Below are positions 53,343-62,024 of a stretch of 64,000 nucleotides of DNA, piece after piece; within the stretch, counting starts at the first letter, position 1, and the number at the start of each line of letters is the position of its first letter. A program made the position numbers and the translations under genes. Under the pieces are notes generated by a model, which saw nothing but the letters and a program-made list of their open reading frames with translations, had not been told where the DNA came from and ran no database searches. Source of the DNA: Pseudovirgaria hyperparasitica (taxonomy: Eukaryota); assembly GCA_010093815.1 (NCBI GenBank), contig ML996565.1; one strand, 5' to 3'.

Positions 53343-54680
53343 TCAAACTCCGGTGGTTTTGGGTCGAACTTGTTTAACCTTGACTTCATCAAGTTCCGTC
53401 GTACTGATCACTTTTCCAAGGCCTTCAATGCCTTGAAACACATCCTTCGCCGTGGACCAGCTCCGGTCTTTTTTGTATATTTGACTCCGCAAAAACGCCA
53501 GTGTCATGCGCTGAACCGTCGCCACTACCTCCAAATTCTCTTTAAGCTTCGCTTCGACTGTAGTCTCACCAGAGATCCCGCCGAGCCGGCAGTCCGCGCC
53601 CTTTAGTTCTAGCAGGTCCTTCGATCCCGGGCTCGATTTGAAGCCATCCTTCCACTTCTCTTTCTCGCTGACACTTATTTCTGGCATCTCATGCTCTGTG
53701 CCGCTAACCCATAGCGTGGGTGTGGTCAGCGTCGAATAGTCTACGTGCCTAAGGAAGGGCTTGGTGTCGCTGACAGTTGTGGAAAGCAAGGATTCATCGT
53801 CACTAAGCGGAGAGAGAAGAACACCTGCTTTTATGCGCTTGTCCTTGTTCGTGTATACAGTGGTATAGTCTGTGTCTGGGTTTCCGAGGCTCATGCCGAG
53901 TAGGACGCTGGCGGTATGTACGCCGAGCAAATGGCCTACCACAACGACCCGTTCCGAATCAAAGGAAGCACCTTTTGGGGCGGATCGGGCCTCAACGTTA
54001 GACAGTCTATCGAGGATGTGAGTGCAGTCTGTAATGCATTTGCGCCAGGACGTGCTGTTAAGGTTGGCATTGATGCTGGATTGAATGACGACGAAGCCAT
54101 GCAAGGCATAGTACTCGGCCAGGGGCGCATAGCTGTTTTGGCGGGTCAGATTGCTAGTGGAGCCTTCGCCGTGGATGAGCATCATGACGGGCAGTTTGCC
54201 GTGAGATTTTGGCACTGTCACTCTTACAGAGATGGGAAGGGTTCGATTGGGTAAACGAAACTTAATGGTATCGTTATGCTTGAACTTTTCGTGCTGCGTA
54301 GTCCCAGGTAGATTGGCTGCTCTCCCAATGCCAGGCTTGTCGTATATACCGAAACCAGATCTGAGAGGTTCCATGATATGTAGGTCCTTCTTCTTGATAG
54401 AAACTTTGACGTTAGTAGAATCGTCCCTATTAGTGCTGTTGGTCACAGCTTTCTTATCCGTATAGGTCCATCGTGTGCGGTATCGAGGCTCGACCGCGGG
54501 TGTCAGAATTCTCCTCGCAATACCGGCTCCAGGATCTGTTGCATCGCGGGAGTTGTAGCTGTCAGAACTGTTGCTTAGGAATCGGTAAGGACTACACCGT
54601 AGCTGCTGATAGATATGGCTTGGTCTTTGATGACATGCTGAAGAGAATTCAAGCGGTCTTATACGTCCCCTCGTAATCAT
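53343..54680 (-). CDS. Alpha/beta-hydrolase-fold protein (chlorophyllase/PAF-AH-like) with degenerate catalytic motifs
   Basis: LPVMMLIHG, YAPLAEYYALHGFVVIQ, GH(L)LG.HTAS.LLG, D.RIKAGVLL and LGGISG. 445-aa intact ORF with an Arg-rich N-terminal extension. Confidence 0.8.
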   Translation of the reverse strand: MITRGRIRPLEFSSACHQRPSHIYQQLRCSPYRFLSNSSDSYNSRDATDPGAGIARRILTPAVEPRYRTRWTYTDKKAVTNSTNRDDSTNVKVSIKKKDLHIMEPLRSGFGIYDKPGIGRAANLPGTTQHEKFKHNDTIKFRLPNRTLPISVRVTVPKSHGKLPVMMLIHGEGSTSNLTRQNSYAPLAEYYALHGFVVIQSSINANLNSTSWRKCITDCTHILDRLSNVEARSAPKGASFDSERVVVVGHLLGVHTASVLLGMSLGNPDTDYTTVYTNKDKRIKAGVLLSPLSDDESLLSTTVSDTKPFLRHVDYSTLTTPTLWVSGTEHEMPEISVSEKEKWKDGFKSSPGSKDLLELKGADCRLGGISGETTVEAKLKENLEVVATVQRMTLAFLRSQIYKKDRSWSTAKDVFQGIEGLGKVISTTELDEVKVKQVRPKTTGV

Positions 54681-54877
54681 GTTTCATGACCTTCACGCGA
54701 ACCGATACAAATTCAATACCAAGTCCCACGATGCAGGATGCTTAGTCAAGTCCATAAATTGTTAAACGCTAGCTCGAAATAACGATGGTGGCTGAAAACA
54801 ATGGCTACGATTAATTGCAATGACTGAAAATTAGCAGTTTCAAGTTACTTTTGATGCGAAAGTGATATTATTCGTCT

Positions 54878-54878
<1 letters not shown>

Positions 54879-54920
<42 letters not shown>
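54879..54920. repeat. (GAT)14 microsatellite
   Basis: Perfect trinucleotide run. Confidence 0.95.
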
Positions 54921-54921
<1 letters not shown>

Positions 54922-55050
54922 ATTCTTACAGGTAGTAATAAGAGAACTGACAGATTGATTGCATGTCAAATTTTGCAGGTAGGGGATGAAGCTGCACTAA
55001 AGCCGAAAATGGCTTAGCCCATTTACTTTGACTTCTCAATCTTACAAAAA

Positions 55051-55057
55051 TATAAAG
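55051..55057 (+). promoter_or_regulatory. TATA element upstream of the split tRNA-Val
   Basis: TATAAAG lies 33 nt upstream of the predicted mature tRNA 5' end. Confidence 0.45.
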
Positions 55058-55083
55058 TAAAATGAAACCCTCTGTCTCCACCG

Positions 55084-55212
55084 GGTTGAATGGTGTAGGT
55101 AAGAAATCGTCACAGATCATGCGTCTCCCGTGCAGCCACTAATATGAATGTAGTTGGTTATCACGTCAGTCTAACACACTGAAGGTCTCCGGTTCAAGTC
55201 CGGGTTCAATCA
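55084..55212 (+). tRNA. tRNA-Val(AAC) split in the D-loop by a 55-nt spliceosomal-type intron (exon 1 55084-55098, intron 55099-55153, exon 2 55154-55212)
   Basis: Spliced sequence: GGTTGAA TG GTGT AG|TTGGTTA TCAC G TCAGT CTAACAC ACTGA AGGTC TCCGG TTCAAGT CCGGG TTCAATC A. The 7-bp acceptor, anticodon and T stems all pair, G18G19 and the B box are intact, and AAC is at 55173-55175. Confidence 0.9.
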
Positions 55213-55217
55213 TTTTT
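55213..55217 (+). terminator. Pol III T5 terminator
   Basis: TTTTT immediately after the discriminator A73. Confidence 0.8.
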
Positions 55218-55259
55218 AAGTTTTGCTGCCTCGAACGAATGTTCTGCCATTCCTTGCGC

Positions 55260-55745
55260 CAGCTAGAGTGCTTAGCCTCGTCACCTTACACCCGCCTGTT
55301 CAAGAATTTGTTTGGAGTATCATCTAAAAAGCTAAGAAGGATGCTGATACGGATTCGACTACTCCAGTGGCACCTATCGCAGATTCGGACCAGATCAGTT
55401 CATAGTGTGATGTTCTTCTGCTTGGCATCACCGCACGTAAACCTACTCCAGCCTTGCTTAGAAGTGTTCTTGACGACATCAATGGAAACTCAAAAGACGC
55501 TGCGATAGGTGAACGCTGACGAGTCCCTCGGTTTAGTACTATTAGGGGCATTCTTGGCGATTACAATGCTTCTACGATCCCGCTTACGCTGCAGATTGAC
55601 ACTGGGCAGATCAACAGGCAATTCCAACTAGACGACTGGTATACGTCAATTGGATTCGAAATGTCAGAGTTTAATGATACCACCAAGAAGCTTACGCGTG
55701 TACTGTTCCTTGGTCTCATGGCGACCGAACTTTCTCTCTCGCAAG
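55260..55745 (+). pseudogene. Possible degraded coding fragment
   Basis: One frame reads protein-like for about 160 codons with three in-frame stops (TAA, TAG, TGA). Family not recognised. Confidence 0.25.
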
Positions 55746-55838
55746 TGGAGTGTGCTATAAAAGTACTTGATGCTCGTCGACAGTGATTCTTTTCTTTCTC
55801 CAAAACGATATCTATTGTCCTTAGAAAAGTCTCTCAAT

Positions 55839-57478
55839 ATGCTTCTGTCACCCATTCACAACCTCATCGCAGCTCTATCCACAATCCCATTCTCACACGC
55901 GTCTTTAACAGGTCTCACACCTGTCTGTCTTATCCCACTTTTCCACTACGGGCATCTAATACTTAGCAGTGCGACGCCCTCATCTCAGCAGGCCTCAGTG
56001 ACCGCATCCTCACCCCCCTCTCTCCGTCGTACTCCACTCAACTCCTCACCTGGTATAACACAGCGACCCGCCGCCACCCATGGTGCATCGTACTTCCGCA
56101 CACATCATTAGAGGTATCCCTCGTGCTCACCACCCTCAGTGCAGTCGGTTCTGGCGCTGGCGACTGGGCCATTGCGGTCAAAAGTGGTGGCCACGGCAAC
56201 GACGCATCGAACAATGTCGACAGCGGCGTGACGATCGATCTACAGTATCTCGATTCGGTGGATTACTACGAACACAATGGGTCAGCATCGATCGGGCCGG
56301 GCGCCAGGTGGGGCGATGTGTACAAGAGACTCGGCGAACAGGGGGGCGCAGTGACAGGAGGACGAGACGCGAATGTTGGAGTGGGTGGATTTCTACTGGG
56401 TGGTGGGATGTCGTATTATACCGGGCGTACGGGCTTTGGCTGCGACAACGTGATCAACTTTGAAGTCGTACTGGCTAGTGGCGACATCATTAACGCGAAC
56501 GCAACCTCCAACGACGACCTATGGCGCGCGCTGAAGGGCGGAAGCAGTAACTTCGGCGTCGTGACGAGATTTGACCTAGAGGCGTTTCCGGCGCGCAATC
56601 TGACGTACGGCCAGAAGACGATGAGTACGGAGTATGAGGAGGAATTCGTTCAGGCGGTGTTTGAGTTTGTAGAACGAAGCGAGGAGCACGTGAATGATGC
56701 TCTTGTGCCGTACTATTCGTATGATGCAGCAAGTGAAGAGATAGTGATGAGAGCGATCACCGTTAACACGAAGGCGGAACCGAATACGAGGGCATTTGAT
56801 AAGGTGGATATTATTCCGGCAATTGAACCTGGATTGAGGACGGAGATGAGTCTCGCAGAAGCAGCTGGTGGGACCCTAGAAGGTGTTGTGAGGTGAGTCT
56901 TTGAGCCGCATCAATCCATTCCAGATGAATGAACATTGACTCTTGACAGGGGCATTTCATTCACGCTCACTTTCAAAAATGACCTCAGCATCTTACGCCG
57001 AGCCACCGAGTTACACCACGAATACGTCATTCAAATGAGCGAGCTCATTGGTGCGTCCAACTTTACCACCCTCAATTTCTTCCAGCCTCTGCCATCATAT
57101 TTTGGGGCGATCGAACACCGCAAAGTTGGTAATATGCTTGGTCTCGACCACGTAAACCAGAACAATATCCTATGGGTCCTCGGAATCGGTGTGCTAGGTG
57201 GCGAAGACCAGCAGGCGATCGCACATGCGAAAGGTGCGAATATCACCGCGATGGTTCATGATTTTGCGGAGTCCGTTGGAGGCGGGAACGATCTTATCTA
57301 TCTGAACTATGCAGATGCAAGTCAAGATCCGATTGGCAGCTATGGACTTGAGAACATCCAATTAATTCGGGATGCTGCTGCTAAGTATGATCCTGCAGGT
57401 TTCTTTCAGCAACGTATCCCTGGTGGGTTCAAGATCTCTAGAGTGAGTTCGTGCGCTGGGACGCCATGTAATCATTGA
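55839..57478 (+). CDS. Secreted FAD-linked oxidoreductase (BBE/6-HDNO-like, VAO superfamily)
   Basis: Signal-like exon 1, then PWCIVLP, AVKSGGH (flavinylation His), GGR..VGVGG..LGGG, DLWRALKGG..NFGVVTRF, YLNYAD and KYDP.GFFQ..PGGFK. Introns at about 55923-55969 and 56893-56949. Confidence 0.9.
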
Positions 57479-57759
57479 TAGAGATCGATGGACCGTAAAG
57501 AACTCGACAGTATTGGCAGGTTAAATACGTATCCTTCAAACAAGAAATCGTAATATTAAGATAGACAACAAAATATCCATTGTTCACATGATGTGTTCGA
57601 AACTGCTCCCAGAGCAAATACTGGCTCAGTAGTAAGCGAAGCAAGGGATAAAGGTTATCCCTTACACGACTGTTCTCGCGAAGGGACAGCGCTGTAGAAC
57701 GAAGCTCGGTTCGATCAGTCATGGCCGCTTTTTATGCACGCGGTGCACCCGGACCTCTC

Positions 57760-57905
57760 TACTACCTATGGTTAGCTATAGGATATAAACCATTTAGCTA
57801 AGTATTATAGTTAGTAGTTTTGTTACTACTACTAAAAGTTAAGATCAAGGTATATTTATAAAGTAATATTACCTTATATAGGTGCTAAGTTAAATTATAG
57901 GTATG
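57760..57905. mobile_element. Short, strongly RIP-like AT-rich relic
   Basis: About 145 nt of very low GC, saturated with TA/TAG and nearly lacking CpA and CpG. Confidence 0.45.
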
Positions 57906-58031
57906 GACGGTACATGTAAAATGCGGCCACGTCTTTTCGAACCGAGCCCGGAAGCCAACCCAGTCGTAGAGCACAAGATCGAAGCGTCAGTCTTTGTCAG
58001 AGGGCAGCTTTCTAATCAGGATAGTCTCCCT

Positions 58032-58928
58032 TCAATATCCAAATTGAATCCCACCGGATCCGGAAGAGCCGACAAAACCAACAGAGTCTTGGCGCTGCAG
58101 GCGTCGTACGACCGGGATGATGTTGATGATATTTGCGCCGTGAGACCCTGTGCTCACTGACATCTGACATCTGTTGACCGTATCCACAGCGGAATCGATA
58201 CTGGTGAAGCGATTGACTTGCATCATGGAAAGGGCCCTACGAACCCATACTCGCGAGTCGAAATACTCTCCCGGATTCGCGCCAACAGGGACAGTCGAAA
58301 GAATATTGTGCAATGATCGGAAAGTCTGGTTGTTCACAGTGCCTATCTCATACATCACGGCTAGTGATCTAGAAGTGACGAGGTGATGGACCTGGCGGGT
58401 GTCCAGGTGCCAGAGGCCTTGCTTGTTCTTTGCGACTTGCCAGACAGTGCCGTACGGGACACCTGTGGGGACAAAAATGGACCAATGCATGCTGCTAGTA
58501 CGACTGCGGTGACTAAGTACAACGTAAATGGACCAATTTTTGATATTGTCTTGGCGCAGCGGAAGTTGTTGACGAGTGATAGCCGCCGGGCGTTCCGTCA
58601 TGTTGTTTGAACTTGACATGTCCTCTGTCGGAGGGAGGTTGTTGGGTCCATAGGCTCCCGAAATAGATCTTCTGGAGTCGTTGGAGTTCATGGAAAGACC
58701 AGAAAAGCTTGATGATGCCGCACTTTGAACGGATGTGATAGAGCTTGCTGACTGTCGTCTGAAGAAAGACCCTGAAGGAGGCATTCGCTGCGTAGGATTA
58801 CTCTGACTGATCTGGGATTGACTCGTCGATTGACCCGTGCTGTTGAACATGAGCTGAGTTCTAGGATAGTACCCATGCGAATTAGCATTGCGCCGCTCAT
58901 CCCGTTGAGATTTCGCGCCTTTATCCAT
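58032..58928 (-). CDS. Hypothetical protein with a DUF6914/DUF6540-like C-terminal domain
   Basis: Ser/Gln-rich N-terminus, then IYVVL..HWSIFV..G.VW.V..W, EIG.V, IL..VPV and F.SRVWV..AL, recalled as a fungal uncharacterised family. Confidence 0.6.
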   Translation of the reverse strand: MDKGAKSQRDERRNANSHGYYPRTQLMFNSTGQSTSQSQISQSNPTQRMPPSGSFFRRQSASSITSVQSAASSSFSGLSMNSNDSRRSISGAYGPNNLPPTEDMSSSNNMTERPAAITRQQLPLRQDNIKNWSIYVVLSHRSRTSSMHWSIFVPTGVPYGTVWQVAKNKQGLWHLDTRQVHHLVTSRSLAVMYEIGTVNNQTFRSLHNILSTVPVGANPGEYFDSRVWVRRALSMMQVNRFTSIDSAVDTVNRCQMSVSTGSHGANIINIIPVVRRLQRQDSVGFVGSSGSGGIQFGY

Positions 58929-59305
58929 TTTGGCAGCAGAATATGTTTGCGGGTTTCTAGGTCCAGTACGGAATCAACATGACCTATTCCTCTCTTTATA
59001 TACTTTTTGCACATTTTGCCGTGACGTAAAAGGTGTTCTCTTATGATCATGAATTTATGGACGACTCGGTGAAGTACTTTTCCGTGACTTTTCACGCTAT
59101 AGTCTTCTAACATCTCGAGCTCCTTCACCCCTCGCTCCCGATGGCATGATGTTATGGTTGTGGGATGTCACATTAAAATTACCGACACTGTGTGTCACAG
59201 TGATGTTTACGCTTGTTCTTCACATCAGCTTTGTAATTCCTGAATAAGTAACAGCGCCAGATATATAGACACATCTCCCACGATTGTATCCTCGTCTGCC
59301 CAGAA

Positions 59306-60163
59306 ATGCAATGCTTATCACCGGCAAAAATGTTCTCAGAGCTTTTACACCGCGTATGGCTCCAGATGCCATCCACGCTCCGACTATGGACCTACAGAAA
59401 GCTTTGCAAGCTCGGAAAGTACCTCTATGGTCAGGCGAATCAATTTGGAGGTAGTCAACGGCTTCCTTGTGGGCTGTTCATGAAGTTTGGTCACATAGAG
59501 CGCGGGCCTGACTTCGAGAATGAGTTCCGTGCTCTACAACTTGTTCGAAGTAACACTTCCATTCCGGTTCCACGTCCCATAGATCTCATAAAGACCAGCG
59601 ACGAATCTTATTTCGTCATGACGACTATGCCTGGGCAACAACTCGGGGAAGTATTCGACAACTTAGGAGGCTCGGAGAAATGCTGCATCACCGCCCAGAT
59701 TGCTGATTTTGTGCGGCAAGTACGAAGTATACGGAACCCCTATCTCATCGAAGCAGGATGGCTGTTGTGTAATGCACTAGGAAGGGGTCTCATTGACATT
59801 CGTCTTCGGGATCATGATGGCGGACCATTTGCCTCTGAGGCAGCATTCAACGATGCTCTGGTACCAGCAGCAGCCTCCTCCCTGCGGCATATCGACGGTC
59901 ACGAAGTATATTTCGCTCATGGTGATCTGACACATACCAATATTCTATGCAAGAATGGAAAGATATCAGCAGTTATTGACTGGGAATTCGCCGGTTGGTG
60001 GCCCGAGTACTGGGATTACACAACGGTTCATCGATATGAACGACACGAAGGATGGCTCAATATTATGAGAGGGGCGTTCAAGAAAGTTACAGACCTCAAA
60101 AAGCCATATTTGAAAGAAATATATATTGAAGAAGCATGCCAAGAGTACGATGAGATTTGGTAG
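59306..60163 (+). CDS. APH-family (kinase-like) phosphotransferase
   Basis: NEFRALQLV..TSIPVPR, FAHGDLTHTNI and IDWEFAGWWPEYW. Intronless; the start may be 59330. Confidence 0.9.
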   Translation: MQCLSPAKMFSELLHRVWLQMPSTLRLWTYRKLCKLGKYLYGQANQFGGSQRLPCGLFMKFGHIERGPDFENEFRALQLVRSNTSIPVPRPIDLIKTSDESYFVMTTMPGQQLGEVFDNLGGSEKCCITAQIADFVRQVRSIRNPYLIEAGWLLCNALGRGLIDIRLRDHDGGPFASEAAFNDALVPAAASSLRHIDGHEVYFAHGDLTHTNILCKNGKISAVIDWEFAGWWPEYWDYTTVHRYERHEGWLNIMRGAFKKVTDLKKPYLKEIYIEEACQEYDEIW

Positions 60164-60900
60164 ATATGAAGAGCTAGGTATGGATACCTAAGCCTTAAAT
60201 AGCTTAAAGTAGAAAATGCATGTAGACACATAACCGCGTTAGGTGTTGCATTTCAAGATCAACACATTCATAGTGCTTGTCACGTAGTGTATTTATATCG
60301 CTCCATGAATGGATACTTAAGTCTGTCACTAAAATGTGTCGTTCTCGTAATTCTCTATCATGTTCTACGAGGCGTACTCTTGAGTTGGCATGATTGATTC
60401 GCGGGCACATGTCCGTGAGTAATTGGCTCTTCACGAAGATAGCGAGTCGGAGGTTTGAACAAACACATTAGTGAATGAAGTGATGTTTTGTGAAATATTT
60501 GCAAGCGAGCGTACACTTACTATCTGTGCCCGGTGGTGTCGAGTATGGCCCATTAAACTCGCTTGAGTAGCATATAAGATCATATTTTCTGTCGTGTATG
60601 TCCTGACCCAGTGAACTTCGAAGATCAGTCTTTGAATATCTGATTATCCACCATAATCTAGCTTCAGCAATGCCTGCCTTCAGCGAGAGAAATTCTGGTC
60701 AGTCTTCACTATCAACAGCATACTGATTGTACACCAATTATACCCATAGCCTAGATTAACGATATTATTCCTAGTAAAAATTCGCAAGCACGCAGTTTTG
60801 TCACCGGAAACGCTCCTATCTACCAAAATCGCCCTCTGTAACAGCGCTCCTGGTCAGTCCAGCATCGAAAAGATCTTAAATTCAGCCCGACGCAACCATA

Positions 60901-61353
60901 TGCACGCAAGCTAATATCAAGTCGAAAGTCCCTGTTGAAAACAGAACTATTACCCGGCGCCCTAGCGGCACAATCTTCTCTCCCCCACCGCCCAACCGTC
61001 TTCTCCTCTCCGGCGCGCCCGCGGTGCCCTCCCCCGGCATTTCCCTTCCGCGTCCGGTCGACCTCTCCGGTAACCCTCTGCCCGACATCCATATTACCGC
61101 TATCATTGAACAGGAGCCTCCTTCTGCAGACCCTGCGACGGATCTTTCGAAGCCCATCGAGCAGCAAGCGCCGGTCCCAGAACACCCAGCGTATCTGCCT
61201 ACCAAGAGCACAACTGGATGGCGTTGTTGCAAGTGTGCGTGGTTTGTGCCACCTCAGCTCCCGGGAATTATGGAGGAAGTGACAAGATGTCAGATTCATA
61301 GGTGTATGCATGGGAGGTGTGTGAACTGCGTGGAGATGACGTTACCATGGTAG
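60901..61353 (+). CDS. Pro-rich protein fragment with a C-terminal double zinc-ribbon-like motif; 5' end unresolved
   Basis: WRCCKC..RC..HRC.H.RCVNC at the C-terminus. No in-frame ATG before the upstream stop at 60877. Confidence 0.45.
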   Translation, partial: CTQANIKSKVPVENRTITRRPSGTIFSPPPPNRLLLSGAPAVPSPGISLPRPVDLSGNPLPDIHITAIIEQEPPSADPATDLSKPIEQQAPVPEHPAYLPTKSTTGWRCCKCAWFVPPQLPGIMEEVTRCQIHRCMHGRCVNCVEMTLPW

Positions 61354-62024
61354 CTGGTTTAGAACTATCCGATGAATGAAAATATATGATCTAAGTTCAG
61401 GTAACGTCGTGATTGTTCTTTTACTCGATACTGGTTGTATAGTTTGGCTAGTTTTCGTGTTAGGACTTCGATTTATGCTTCACACGGAGCGAAGATGTGA
61501 ATTCTGATTGCTCTAAGATGCTATCTATGATGTATACTGTCAGGATATCTAGTATATGTGTTTTGACTACATTGATGTTCATCTAACTAGGAGGAGGAAT
61601 ACTACATAGGATCATGTAGAAACCCTCGATTTCGAACACTCTAGTTAAACAGATCCTGTCATGCGATAGTGACGGTTTTCGAGATATTAGGTATCGAAAG
61701 GATGTCTCTACATAATTGAAGATTTGAGTTGGTCTACGAAGATCCCTCTTATTAGCTATACTTATAATGCGTACCGAAGTGCGGAGATGCCGGATCTCTG
61801 GCCTTTCAGAATATATTTGTAGGGACGAGAAATACACACTGCTCAATCAAAGATAGCACGCCACTCCTTGTATGGTGAGGAGGACATAAGTGGATATACC
61901 ATCCCCGCAGACTGTGGAAGATTTCATCGAACACTTAATCTTATGACTTTAATGAAATCCATTTAGGGAAAAGCGGTCGACATGATCACGTACATTGTAT
62001 GCTCCATTACCACATGTCTATATA

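Noticed and set aside
55141..55212. Reading the Val tRNA as a 5'-truncated pseudogene starting inside the insert
   Set aside because: That start gives only 4 acceptor pairs and no D stem, whereas the fully complementary 5' strand lies 55 nt upstream behind GT-AG signals.
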